Of a stretch of DNA of 64,000 nt, positions 25,017 to 38,045 are shown in pieces. Position numbers and translations under genes: made by a program. Each line of letters begins with the position of its first letter. Within the stretch, counting starts at the first letter, position 1. This DNA comes from Eledone cirrhosa (lineage: Eukaryota): contig OZ024743.1 of the NCBI GenBank assembly GCA_964016885.1, positions 261,144,001 to 261,208,000 of the forward strand. The letters run 5' to 3'. The notes below the pieces were generated by a model. That model saw only the letters and a list, made by a program, of their open reading frames with translations, had not been told where the DNA came from and made no database searches.

Positions 25017-26986
25017 TGTAGCAAGAGTTGTCACTTCCGTCTTGGGACCCTATAAAAGGGATAGCTCAGGGCGATCTCACTCTCTTCTACCTGCCTGGCC
25101 CTTCGGCCAGGCGTCTTCGGCCAGGCGCGTTCGCCGAGGCTCTACTCTCTGGCAACCCTAACATGGTCTCTTGCGAGTTCACTTCAAAACGGTAACAAAT
25201 AACTTTACTTCATTCTTTCATCTACTCTTGACATGTCAACAATTCTATTCTACATAACTTCAACTTGTTAATTAAACTTTATACACACAACCTAGTGTCC
25301 CTGTTGTATTCATACAACCCAGTCTTTTGTTATAAGTGGTGACCCCGAAAAAAGAAAAAAAATGATAGGATCTGGTGTTGTGTGAATATATATAAAAAAA
25401 TTAATTAGCAGTACCCCATTTTCGTTGGAATGTGTCGACCAACATTTCGAATACGCAGCAAACTTTATTAACAAACTAGGAAAAATACGCAGACACAGAA
25501 ACGAACACACGCACATGTGAAATTCTCGTTCAGACAGACTCTTTTTCAACATGAACATTTATTTTTGCTGAATCTCAACTATTGCTTATTCTTTCCACTA
25601 AGCTTTTTTCATCGTTCACAAAAAATTGAACTTGCCATATTTGTTATACCAAGTGAAGCCTTTCTTTCTTTTTCATCATATTATCACGTTCACACACATA
25701 TTTTTAAAAATGGCTGCCAACGACCTATTGCACTATCATTTTCGCGCCATTTTCTCGCGCAATAGAATTTTTTTTTTTCAACTTGTCTTTAACCTTGTTT
25801 CGGCACGTGTGGGGAGCACACATCTCGACTCACTGAGATAACACACGCCATAGATAATGTTCCTTACCAAGGATTCTCCAGCCTTAAGCTATATTCTCCT
25901 ATTTGCCGGTTTAAAAATTTACCACGTAAATTTGCCGTTGAAAACTGCGCATTTATTCAGAATGCTTATTTCTTTGGTCGCTGGCATCTTGACCCTTCCA
26001 GGTCAACGCATTCTCAACACCGACCATCAACTTTGGCTGTTATTTCTAGCACTTTGCGCAACTCATTTTTTCTGGGAAAATTTTTACTGTGAATTTAAAC
26101 AACATCGAATACGCTCACTCCGCGAGACAACAACATCAACAACCAAAACCAGCAGAACAAAACAGAATTTATTTTTGCAGCACTCTTCCTGTGAGAAAAT
26201 CCCACCGAATTTCACGTTGTACCACAGTCTAGAGTGACCACCTGCATACATTCCCTGGAGGACACACTTTCTTTCCTGCTGTCATGTGATTGCACACCGG
26301 TGAACTGTATTTTGAACATTTGAACTTTGACCTCTTTTAGTTTGATTACATTGTATCTTTGGGTGATGGATAGATAGATGTCCAGTCGTTCTCTGGCCAA
26401 GAGCGGTTGGCTACCTTGATATCTATCATTGATTTTTGCATGCATATATTTTGCTGTTTTCCTTTTATTGCAAACATTATTTTTTTCGTAATTTTCATGC
26501 CTGGACTTTGGTGTTACATGCTCGCCATCTTACGCCATACATGGTTCATTCGATTTTTATATTTTAAAAATCTGGCGGGGGATAATGTAGCAAGAGTTGC
26601 TTCCCTTATGACAATCCCATCACCGCTCTCTAGACAGGAAGTAGCTGGAGTTACTTCCTGTTGGGGTGGAAGAACCCTTTTTGTCACTTCCGTCTTGGGA
26701 CCCTATAAAAGGGATAGCTCAGGGCGATCTCACTCTCTTCTACCTGCCTGGCCCTTCGGCCAGGCGTCTTCGGCCAGGCGCGTTCGCCGAGGCTCTACTC
26801 TCTGGCAACCCTAACATGGTCTCTTGCGAGTTCACTTCAAAACGGTAACAAATAACTTTACTTCATTCTTTCATCTACTCTTGACATGTCAACAATTCTA
26901 TTCTACATAACTTCAACTTGTTAATTAAACTTTATACACACAACTGAGTCTCCTGTTATGTTCATACAACCCAGCATTCTGTTATA
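25017..26986 (+). mobile_element. Non-autonomous LTR retrotransposon (Gypsy-like signals, TRIM/LARD-like)
   Basis: LTRs 25017-25334 and 26586-26986 (TGTAGC...GTTATA, TATAAAAG inside); PBS TGGTGACCCCGA at 25337 (tRNA-Trp-type); PPT-like CTGGCGGGGGATAA before the 3' LTR; flanks AGAT/ACAT as an imperfect 4-bp TSD; no gag/pol seen. Confidence 0.85.
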
Positions 26987-27094
26987 ACATGCTTACAGAT
27001 TCCCACTTCCACTGTCATAGTAGCAGATGTCTCAGACAAAGGTCAGCCAGAGGAAGAATTTTGTCCACCTGCTTACCAACAACTTGACGTTGCC

Positions 27095-28679
27095 ATGGCA
27101 ACAAACCAAAACGAAAAGTGTGAAACAATGAACAAAAACAACACAACCAGCGGCACCAGCAACAACAACAACAACAACAACAGCAACAATGATGACAGCA
27201 ACACCAACAAGAACAACTCCACAAAAAAAAAAAGAAACAATTTCGTTCACACAAACTGTGCAAAAGACGAACTGTATACACAGATTGACATCTCTAATGC
27301 CGGAGAATTGCTAAGAGATGCCAAGCAATACATAACTTTTGGAGAGAATGGCGTTTTTAGCATCACTTCTCCCCAAGAATTGCGTAGAGACACTGTCCTG
27401 AAAACTATAGTTTTCAGGACAATCTCAAATACCACTAGAAACCCAGCTCAATTAACTCAAAATGAAACTGAGCTGGTTCTAAGAAACTCCATGAAGGATA
27501 TTATCTTCATACAGAAGGGAAAACTCTTCGGGAGTTTATCGATAATAATGAAAGACCAATTGACTGCACAGAAATATTGTGTTGCCAATTGTGTGTGTGT
27601 GTGTGTGTGTGTGTCCCCCTACACCTTTTCTCCCCACATATATGGGAAAAGGACCCAAAAAATAAGGATAACGAGCATCACGCCAAATGTAAATATCTGG
27701 TGGATATTGAGTGGCTTTATCAACTTTGATGAAGACACAATAATTTCGGTACGAAAGTCCCCCAGGAGTATATTTAATGGTACCAGCTTAGAAGTTCTGG
27801 TCCAAATGAGGCCAGAATGAATAGCTAGAATCCCACGTGTGCCTCTGGATGAAGTTTCCTACATAAACATTTCTGTTGAGGGTAGGCGGCCTTCGTGTTA
27901 CCACTATTTAAGCAGTGGTCACCTGAGAGCTTCCTGTCCTCAATTAACTGCGGGGGAAAAAAGGCACTACTGCCGACACCCAACACAACAACACCACTCC
28001 TCCATGCCTAAAACAACAACACACAAAAATAACCAAAACAAACCAAACCGCAAACACAGTCCCACCCAACCCCTCCCTGCCTAAAACAACTCCAAAAACA
28101 CCCACAAGCACAACAGCTCCCCAAAACGTACCCATCCCCAATCACACAGACACCACAACGGACGAGGCCCCCTCATCATCACTCAGTGGTGAGAACTCCT
28201 CTGCTCCAAAAGGAAAAAAAAACATAACACGAACAAAAAAGCAACAAACACAAACATCTACAACAAAACGAAAACACACACAAGAACAACAGACAAAAAC
28301 CAACACAACACAACAAGAACATTACACATACATAAACAGTGAAAACAAAACTTTAATGGAGGTCATCTCCAACAACCCTTCGGTTTTTACCGAAGGGAAA
28401 AATTTTTCGAACTGTGTAGACAGACCCAATTTAAAGATGATTAGGGTCTCTACAGACACCTATAAGTCTTTAAAGAAAAACTTTCCTAAGGACGTGGGTA
28501 ATCCCTGCGTTAAACCCATTAACCGCGTCTATTTAAAATGTTTCCCCACCCCCATCCCACCAGACACCCCCTCCCCATCAAACATCTCCGTCCCCACCCC
28601 GCCAGAAACCACCACCTCACCAAACAACCCCTCCAACATGGAAATTGTGCAGCCTGATCCCCAGGAGACGAAGAGGTGA
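27095..28679 (+). pseudogene. LINE ORF1 (gag-like, degenerate CCHC knuckle CYHYLSSGHLRASC)
   Basis: ORFs 27095-27820 and 27839-28084 are in the same frame, separated by one TGA; later frameshift to 28356-28679; (AAC)n and (TG)n expansions inside. Confidence 0.7.
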
Positions 28680-28719
28680 GTGATTTCTTTTCCTCTTCTT
28701 TTAACTTTTCAGCACCAGC

Positions 28720-31700
28720 ATGGCCAATATAAGAGTTGGATGTGTGAATGTACGTGGCCTGGGATGCCTTGGAAACGGCAAACTCTTAAACGACCTCAGG
28801 TCGCACAGTATGGATATAGTACCCATTTGCGAGTCCAGGATCCGCAGCGCGCGACAACTGGCCCCCCCATCTTCGATGACTTTGAGATTTACGCATCTCT
28901 CTGTCAGCCGGGAGATGGGGGTGGGGTTGCCGTTTTGCTGCGGAAACACCTGTACCTCGTAACACAGACGGTTCATCTGGACCCGGAGGGTCGACTGGTG
29001 GTCCTAGACGTTGACGGTAGTGAAGGTGGAGCCTTCAGGCTGGTGGTCGCATATGCCCCATTCGGGACACCGCGGCCAGACTTCTTCAAACGTCTAGAGA
29101 TTTTTCTGGAAACGTCCCGCTCCCTGCTGTTACAGGGGGACTGGGGTGGAATCCTAGATGCACGTTGGGACTATGTGGGAGCATGTCCCGATAGAGGGGG
29201 TCAGTTAATCGGCCGATTTCAACTGGCCGATAGATATCGACTAGATTTTCCAACTGTGCCACTGTGGACGTAAACCAACCACAGCGGAACATCTACATCG
29301 TACCTAGATATGTTTCTAGTTAGAGTTAGTGATAGGGACATGTTAAGCTGTCCACAAATGTTCATGGTTGCCTATTCAGATCACAAACTAGTGACCTGCT
29401 TAGTCAACCTTGACAGAACCCATAAACAGGGACCCGGCTACGGGAAGCTGAACTTGTCGTTACCGACATGCAAAGCCTACAGTAGACGGATTAGCACTTT
29501 AGTTAAGCAGCACTTGACGGGGGCCATTGTCAACAACGGATGGTGGTAGTCTTTCAAGAGGGAAGTTAGATTAGACTCGATAGGTTTTAGTAAAGAATTA
29601 GTGTTAGATAGAAATAAGACCGAAAAAGAACTGGTAGATAAAGTAGAAGAGGCACTTAGAAGTGGCAACGTAGCCAGCGTGCTAGCGACGAGAACGGCCT
29701 TGGAGCAGTTCTTCGACGCAAAGCATGAAGGCTGCGTTGTCAGGAGCAAAATTCGTGCTCTGGAAAATGAGGGAGCCAAAGCTGTTAGCTGGGCCCGAGT
29801 GACGGAGGCGAAAAGTGGCAACAAGTCCACGATTCGGTCTTTAAAGGACCAAGACGAACGCGTGATACGTGAGCCGAAACAGATGTGCGCGGCCTTTCAG
29901 CGACCCTTTGCTCAACTGTTTGGGAAGGGCGGCGCGCCGGGAGGGGCTATGGATTTTGGTCCATAACTCGACGGCCTGCCGCGACTCTCGGACAGCGAGG
30001 CGAAGTTCTGCGAAAGGCCGATTTCGGCCGCTGAGCCAATGCGTCAAACACAAATCTCCAGGTTTCGACGGTCTACCCTACGAATTTTACGTAGCAATGC
30101 CGGACTTGTTCTCCGGTCTCCTGGAAGCGGTCTACTGCAACTGGCAGCAGAACGGGAGAATTCCCAGTTCTGTGACCAAGGGCGTAGTCACGTTAGTCAG
30201 GAAGGACGAGAATAAGGGGGATGACATAGGCAACTTCCGGCCCATAACTCTGCTAAACACAGAGTTACAGATTTTGGCCAAGGTGTTGGCAAAGAGGCTG
30301 ACGCTTGTCGTCCAAAACCTGGTGGGAGAAGCGCAGACATGCGCAATCCCGACCAGGTCCATACACGACAACCTCCATCTCATGCGATACATCATAGAGA
30401 GGTTAGGGTATAAACCCGGCTTTGGTGGGGCCCTGATCAACTTGGATCAGTCTAAGGCTTTCGATAGGGTTGACTATCGTTACCTGGAGGCGGTGCTCGA
30501 GGAGGCAGGCTTCGTACCCGTGTTCAGGGGCTGGATTGCTGCAATGCACAGCAGCAACATCTGCTCAAGGGTCAAGGTGAACGGCTACCTATCGGAGCCG
30601 TTCCATATCACGCGATCCATCCGACAGGGACGTCCTCTCTCCTCCCTTCTGTACGTACTGACTCTCGAGCCACTACTGCGGAAGTTGGAGCTATTGCAGG
30701 GCATCCCTTTGGAACCGGGACTACGAAAAGCGGCGTCGGCCTACGCCGACGACGTGACAGTAATGGTGTCGAGCGCCTCGCAAATCGGGGAGGTCGGCAC
30801 CTTACTGGAGGAATACGAAAGGTTCACAGGAGCGAAGCTGAACCGGGACAAATCCGTCGGTTTGCAACTCGGAACGTGGAGAGGCAAACCGATGCTTTCC
30901 GATGGCGTCGTCGGATGCTGGACGGAAGGACCGGTAAAGCTGCTCGAGGTCTGGTTTGGTCCGAACCTCCAAATGGAGAGGAACTGGAACGAGGTGACGG
31001 CCAAGGTGTTTGCACTCACCCGGAAGTGGGCCGAGTGCAAACTATCCTTGAAAGGTCGAGCGGAGGTGGCGAACACTTTTATAGCGTCCGTCATCTACTA
31101 CCGCTTGATCGTCGTGCCTTGTCCAGCCAAAACGCTCACCAAAATGGAGCGCGTGCTCTTCCAAGTCCTTTGGAATAAACGGGCTCCTTTGTTGAGAAGA
31201 TCCATCTGCTGCCAACACCCTTCAAACGGAGGGCTGGGGATGCCGTGGCTGACGATGCGCAAACATGCGCTCAGGCTGCGGCACATCCACGTATTCCTCA
31301 CCGGAAAACCGGTGTGGGGCCCCGTTCGTGAGGCGAGCCTTCCCACAACTCGTCTCGCTGACTGAGCTGCAGTCCTGGGTCAAGCAAAGACCGAGGGAAA
31401 TGGGCGACTGGCACATCGAATGTCCTTAGGCGCTCACAGTCCCCTGGCAAACGGACCCGGCGATCAGTGGAGACTCCACTTCGTCATTCTATAAAAGTAT
31501 GGTCCGCATCAAGTGCGACGACGCGCTCGGAGAAACTCTAGGCGTAGAGGAGGACGAACTGGCCAGTCTGTTCGGTAGGACCTTCCTCTCGTGACCGATG
31601 GACAACTTCCAAAAGTCCCTGGCCTGGCAGTGCTACCGAGGAGCTCTACAGACACGGGCGCCCGGGAAGGTACCCTTCGAAAAAGATCTGTCCGAGATGC

Positions 31701-32105
31701 GTGCGCGACGAGGAAAAAGTCGCGCACACATTTGTACACTGCCCGGACGTTACCGATCTGTGGTGCTATGTAGAACGACTATTGTCGCGGGTGGGACCAA
31801 TCCAGTTGACCACTGAGTCCATTGTCATGATCAAACCGCCACCCTCTTTCAAAAACGAGGGAGAGGCGGTTTTCCTATGTGTTATGGCTATGGTGAAAGA
31901 GGTTATATGGTGGACGAGGTTAAAAGGGCTGAGGTCAGACACCTTTCTTTCCGGCGAACAACTGATTCGTTTTTTCAAATAACATTTTGGAAGAAGAATC
32001 AGGATGGAGAGAGAGGTGCTGTACCCCAGCAAATTTTATAAAAGGTGGGTGAATGTGGCAAAGATGGCCCGAGTGGTTGGGCCTTCTCTCTATATAAGCC
32101 TGTAG
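28720..32105 (+). pseudogene. LINE ORF2 (AP endonuclease + reverse transcriptase), multiple frameshifts and stops
   Basis: MANIRVGCVNVRGL, GGGVAVLL, YSDHKLV, KSPGFDGLPYEFY, FRPITLLN, LDQSKAFDRV, RQGRPLS, YADDV, GGLGMP, HTFVHC. Confidence 0.92.
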
Positions 32106-32984
32106 GTTGAGGAAAAAGACGAAGAGAGGAAGGTAGTACTCACTCTCGGTGCTCCTGGGTTGTACATTTTTTCGGGGTATGTACAACCCCTGTATAACGA
32201 CTCCCCCCTATTGGGGATTTCAATTGTTATTTGTTATTTTATTAATAGTTTTATTTTCATATACCTGTATATAAACTCCCCATTTGTATTTGTCTCCTTC
32301 TTTTGTGCCCTTGTGGCTAATAAAGAAATTTATCTTAATTGTCAAACTTCTTTCGTCACTCATTCTGTGATATCATCAATGACTATTTGTTTTCCTCTGT
32401 GGCTCCTCTTCTTTCCACTTTTATTTTGTTTACTTCATCTTGTCTTTCTATGGTAGAATACAGTTTCCTGTGGCCATCTGCACATTGTTAACAACAACAG
32501 AATTCTGCTCCCTGCTATCCAGCAGGCTGTGTACTTCAGTCTGTTGCAGTGGCCAGAACAGTGTAGTTGCGAACAGAGGCTTACTCGGCCAGTTGTCCGA
32601 GACAGTCATACTTCCGTTCGATCCCAATAAAGGTTAGTTCCATGCATTTTTGTTTTTTTCCTGTGTTTTATAGAGGACTTAGATCTAAATTATTTCTTAA
32701 TAAAAATTATTAAAGTAGTGTTTGTCATTGTTTATTGAATCTTACTAATAACAGCTTAACTTTCAGGGCAACAAATACAGCTACACATCTCAACTCACTG
32801 AGACGCATTCACAATTTATTTGTCATAAAGTCACAAACATTTACTACTACAATTCTCCCACACTAAAATAAACAACTGACCTACCAAACGTCACTTTTTA
32901 CACACGCTTTAATGTAGTCATCACACTTACCAAATCACTAATACAAACTACATTTAGTGACACCAAACAACCTCACATAACCGC

Positions 32985-33470
32985 CACTCCTGATGGCCTT
33001 ATCCTGTGTCCCTGATCGAGAGGCAGGTGCCTTGTCTGGGACGTCAATGTTAGTGATTCTTTTGCTCTTTCCCACATCCTGGATGCTGCGGTTAGGACGA
33101 GAGCCACAGTTTCCGCAGCCGAGCGGAGTAAGACCCTCAAATACTGTGGTTTGTCGGCCAGCTACATTTTTCAGTCTGTGGCTTTCGAGACGTTTGGGGG
33201 AGTCGGGCCGCTGGCTGCGAGGTTCCTCTCTTCACTGGCGGCTCGCCTAATAAAGGTAACTGGCGAATCTCGCGAGGGCGCTTGGTTGCTCCAGCGCATT
33301 AGCGTCGCCATCACCCAAGGCAACGCTGCGAGTGTGCTGGCTTGCTTCAAAAATCATTAGAGAGGTTACCCAGTACTCCTCGCGACGTTGCTGTCTTTTG
33401 CTCTGGTGTTGGCTCGGTTATTCAACCCCTTCCTTTACATTGTCTTTAATATTGTAACATTAAAAGAATA
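32985..33470 (+). mobile_element. 3' fragment of a CRE-like non-LTR element (restriction-like endonuclease domain)
   Basis: PDGL...RGRCLVWDV...KTLKY...VAFETFGGVG...LLQRISVAITQGNAASVL. Confidence 0.8.
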
Positions 33471-33705
33471 TATCTTTCTGAAAGAATCGCGAGCAATTTA
33501 TAATGTTAACTAAGCATTTGTAATGTTATTTATGTATATATTTAAAACATATTTGTAATGTTATTCTACTGTAAATTTATTTATATGCTCTGTATACACC
33601 TATTTTATATTCTGATATAAGATATGATGGTCTGCTCCCTACACATCATTACTATCCTCGTTGATATAAACAGTTAACAAGAGTAAAGAAGATACATGCA
33701 TTTTA

Positions 33706-33770
33706 TGGAGAGCACTTAGTCGGCATCTGAGAGATACGAGGTTCGATCCCTCGTAGCAGACGCTGACAAC
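33706..33770 (+). mobile_element. Possible tRNA-derived SINE head
   Basis: GGAGAGCACTTAGTC...GAGGTTCGATCCCTC (B-box/T-arm); no complete cloverleaf. Confidence 0.35.
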
Positions 33771-34199
33771 TTTTATCCGTCTTTAACGATATTTACCTTA
33801 TTTTATAACATTTGCCAATTTTTCTTTGACTGAGCAAATCACATTTATAAAATTATCCTATTTGGTTGTATGCGTTCGAGACGTTTTTTTATTTCAGTAG
33901 AATGCATAAAAATAAACAATATAAAATTTTAAAAAAGAAGCAAAATGTGAGAGAATACACGCCCCAGCATGGATTCAGTCGAATGAATACTACGGTTAGA
34001 CACTTTTACTGCATGACAACCTTAATAATATGCCACGTGCTTGTATGTCTATGTATTTCTGTAACTCTTTAAAAATCACACGCACGTAAATGATTATTAT
34101 TCATTTTTTTTTTTTTTTTTGCATCTAGATGATAATTTATTTAAAATCTTCACAGAATGAAAATATACGCACAAATTACACAAATATTTCACTTAAAAA

Positions 34200-35270
34200 T
34201 ATAGAATCAAAACGAAAGAGAATATTAATTCAACACTAAGTATGTCGATCAGTCACACACCACTAGTGGTGCCAGAGCTTACCTGTAATACTTTTCAAGG
34301 CAAACTAACAGGTTCGCCGCATTACCGTTGGTGATAGCGAGGCTAAGGCGTTGAAACAACCAAGTACCATCGTGGACATCACCTGACACCTCGGTTAGAC
34401 GAGCCGCCAATGATGACAAGAATTTCGTTGTCAATGACCCAGCTCCCCCCAAACGTCTCAAACGTCACAGGTTGGAAAAAATAGTTTGCTGATAATTCTC
34501 GGTATTTTAGAGTTTTATTCCGTTCAGCCATAGTAGTGACCCTCACATTTACGGTAGCATCCATGATGTAGCAAAGAGCAACTGACTGTGGTGTCTCAAA
34601 TGAGACATCTATTACCCAGGGACAATTCTGGATAATCCAGCCGGTTCCAGAACTGAGGGGATATTTACCCGAGCTTAGACCCACTTAATGATCAGGTTTA
34701 GCTCGGCGTGACGAGCGAAGCGACCAGCATTGAGGCATCAAAACAAACCATGAAGGCCTGTGAAGTAGAGGGGCCTCCCACAGCGACATCTCTGTTCCTC
34801 ACCGACATTGGCTTACCGCTCTGAGTGCAACGGGGATGCAAACTGAGTGCAACGGGGATGCAAACTGAGTAGGCCACCGATGTTTGCTAGAGGCAGGGCA
34901 TCAACCTAGTTCCCTGAGAGTGTTGCGCCTGCGAAAAGTAAGCAACACCTTGAGAATTGATCAGATCGATCAAAGAGAGAGTTGATTTTCAAACTCGAAC
35001 GCAGTTTTCCAATCTCACTGCTTCCGTCTATCCTCATATGTATCAGGAACTGACAAACCTAGCTCCCTCCACAACAGTATAGCTTCATCCATCTCTCTGT
35101 TGGGACTAGTTCATGCTGGAAAGGAAAGGATGTTACCCATCAGAGGGGAGCAAGCATGGATGGTGGAAACAATACAAGAAAGAGGCAGAGACGAGAATTT
35201 ACACAGACCTTGACCCCGGTATCGTTTGGACAACGCAGCCTGATTATGAGACTCTGAAGAGAGTCTGGTG
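34200..35270 (-). mobile_element. Decayed 3' part of a CRE-like element
   Basis: Minus strand: CRCG...GLHGL (Zn knuckle), AGRFARHAELN, KTLKY, TFETFGG, WLFQRLSLAITNGNAANLL. Internal 22-bp tandem duplication at ~34821-34870. Confidence 0.75.
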
Positions 35271-35899
35271 TTGACCAATCATTCATTTCCTATAGCAATT
35301 ATGTTGTTACAATAAGTTCGCTTTCCAATCACAAGGTGCTGGGTTCTAATCCTATAGCTATTCCTGTGAGTAATTATTTCTCCAAAGTTATTCATGCACA
35401 TGCATGCTGAACATTTATGTAATTATATCCTAAAAATAAATTATTAAAATATCATTTTAAATGTATTATAGCACTTCCACGTGTCAGTAATCAACATAAA
35501 TTATAGTGTTTCTCTTATGAAAACTACAAGTTTTCCAGTTGTATGAGTGTTCATATATCTGGTAATCTATGTATATATGACATACCAATCCTGGACTCAG
35601 AACATTAAATGTATTCAACAATATTGCCGTCACTATTGACAGCACTGGTTATAAAATAATGTCGTATAATTTTTTTCCCGTTCATTTTCACTTTATTGTT
35701 TGCTATTTGTTATAGTTAAAGCTACACACAGACACACAAACTATGTGCCTCATAATGAAATCATTTATTGATGTATAGAAATATCGGATTTACTAGTCAT
35801 TCTTTGTTTTACTTTAATTGTATAAATTTACAGTAGAATAACGTTGCAAATATGTTTTAAATATATACAATACATAAATAACATAACAAATGCGTAAAT

Positions 35900-36195
35900 T
35901 ATAAATTGCTCGCAATTCGTCCAGATGGACAAATATGTCTAACCCGTGTATAAACACAATAATATAAATTCATGAACAAAAATGATAAAGGGAAGAAAAA
36001 AGTGGGGGGTAATTCACCACCAAGTGTGTCGGGCGCACCTCACACCTTAGCGGTTAGCTGCACACTTTTAGGCAAGCCATCACGCTCGCAGCATAACCAG
36101 GCACACTCACGAACATCTCCCGACACACCAGTCAGGCGAGCCGCCAGTGAAGGCATGAACCTCGAGCGGCCCAACTCCACCGAACGTCTCGAACA
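35900..36195 (-). mobile_element. Short CRE-like 3' tail
   Basis: Minus strand FETFGGVGP...SLAARLTGVSGDVRECAWL...AASVMACL, nucleotide-similar to 33183-33350. Confidence 0.65.
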
Positions 36196-36389
36196 TAATT
36201 AAATAACAAATCCAACCCAACTTTAGAATTGCTGTATATCTTGCTATTCCACCATTCGTTAGTATTTATTAATTTACAATCTGTCGTTTCTTTAATACCC
36301 TAATAACCAACTAGTCTCTATTGGCATTTAGACTCTTTAACTTCATCAGTCAAGGAGGCTAATGTTACTAAAAGCCAAATCATTTATAA

Positions 36390-36670
36390 CTGCTTGACCG
36401 ATCTCTTCCTTTTCGCGTCGGTCGTCCTCGATATGAACTACTGTTTTCCTCCGTAAAATCGGAAAGACGCGAGATGGCTATTGCCGGGTGTCGCTGGCCA
36501 TTCTCCGCGGCAATGCCTTTGCCATTCTGTCCATGAGGTGCAGCTAAAATATACTGCTCAGACTGGGGTGTACAGTCTGTCGTTCGTTTCCCTACCTTTC
36601 ATTGCTTAATTTCTTCTCTTTGCATTTCATTTCCTTATTGCCTCTATTGTACAGTTTATAATAAAATAAT
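36390..36670 (+). mobile_element. Short CRE-like 3' tail (second family)
   Basis: VSLAILRGNAFAILSMRCS* at ~36488-36547, followed by T-rich UTR and AATAAA. Confidence 0.55.
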
Positions 36671-36713
36671 GGTCAGTAATTTATAGACTGTTACAATTTA
36701 ATATGAAGCTCTA

Positions 36714-36990
36714 CAGGCGCGTGGCTTAGTGGTAAGGGTATTGGACTTAAGATCCTACTGTAGTGGGTTTGATTCCTGGCCTGTGTTGTGTTCTTGAGCA
36801 AAACACTTCATTTCTCGTTGATCCAGTATACTCAGTTGAAAATGAGTACCAGTAAAATAGCTAGAGGCTTAACCCTGCGATGGACTGGCGTCCTGTTCAG
36901 AGGAGAGTTTTGTACTCGCAGTCGCTTCTCGCCACGAAACCAGGATAAGCACCGTCCTGACGAACCTCGTGGTTTGAGACAGACTTTAGA
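36714..36990 (+). mobile_element. tRNA-derived SINE with Meta-like core and RTE-like tail
   Basis: GTGGCTTAGTGGTAAGG, GGTTTGATTCC, TTGTGTTCTTGAGCAAAACACTT, CCTGCGATGGACTGGCGTCC...GAAACCAGGATAAGC. Confidence 0.75.
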
Positions 36991-37069
36991 ACGCATAAAA
37001 ACAGTATAAGGGAGATAACTGTGATTTCGATCATTTTATCGATTTTTTTTTTCTATAACAGCACTCTTG

Positions 37070-37152
37070 CCTGATTAGCATACTAACTCTCTTCTGATTA
37101 GCATATTAAATCCTTTCTGATTAACATACTAATCCATTTTGATTAGCATAAT
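37070..37152. repeat. Short ~22-bp tandem repeat (CTGATTAGCATACTAA core, ~4 copies)
   Basis: Seen directly. Confidence 0.7.
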
Positions 37153-37759
37153 TATCTATAGAGTCAATACTTAACTCCTTTATAGTAAAACTATTTACAG
37201 TAACACATGACACACCACTACCTGTACTGTGCTATCTTAAATTAACCTCCGTAATCAATAAACTCCTTTCCCTTCCACTAATACTATTCCGATCATTATC
37301 ATATAATATTAGCATCAGTAACAATACTTTGTCTTCTTTGCGTTATTACTATAACTGTCATTATCAAACGTAATCCCTCTAATATTGATGCGAATAATAC
37401 CACAAATACATTCCTTTGACGTGTATTGATCGCTGGTTTTCGTCGTCCCCTTTCCAATTTCTCTAACTCTGTTTTGGTTCCCCTTACACTATGTGTGTGT
37501 GAGAGAGAGAGAGAGAGTCTATTTGATTAATGACATTATGTTATTCTACCATTATGTTTGGGTGACATTAGAAAAAAAAAGTTAATCAAATGATGTAGAC
37601 GGCGTGTGCTTCAGAAGTTAACTGTGGGTATGAGTTCGATGAAACTCTGCTGTGAGAAATTTTAACTATTGAAGTTGCTCTACACGGAACTAGAAACTTG
37701 GGTGTCCTTTCACAAAGTAATAAACCTGTCACTTTTTTTCTTCTCTGAAACTCTCACTT

Positions 37760-38045
37760 CATCACTGTTTAACGTCCATTTTCCATGCTACCATGGATTA
37801 GACGAGTTGTCCTGTTGAGAGACAGGCCAGACCAGATGACGGTGTCTAGCTCATACAGAACTGTTTCTGGCTTGGTTTCTATGGCTGAAGCTCTTCCTAA
37901 CGCCAACCACATTTACAGTGTGGACTGGGTGTTTTTTTTTATCATGCCACCAAAACAACTACCACACAGTGTGAACTGGGCACTTTTTGTTGTGATACCA
38001 ACACTACCACTTTGCAGTGTGGACTGGGCGTATTTTGTTGTGTCT
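37760..38045 (-). mobile_element. RTE LINE 3' UTR fragment
   Basis: TTTAACGTCCATTTTCCATGCT...CCTAACGCCAACCAC.TTTACAGTGTGGACT matches the tail at 59072-59310 and 63530-63765. Confidence 0.7.

Larger units (their letters stand above)
27018..32340 (+). mobile_element. Full-length decayed Tx1/L1-clade LINE
   Basis: ORF1 with zinc knuckle, ORF2 with APE + RT + C-terminal Cys/His motif, 3' UTR ending AATAAAGAAATTTATCTT. 5' boundary approximate. Confidence 0.9.
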
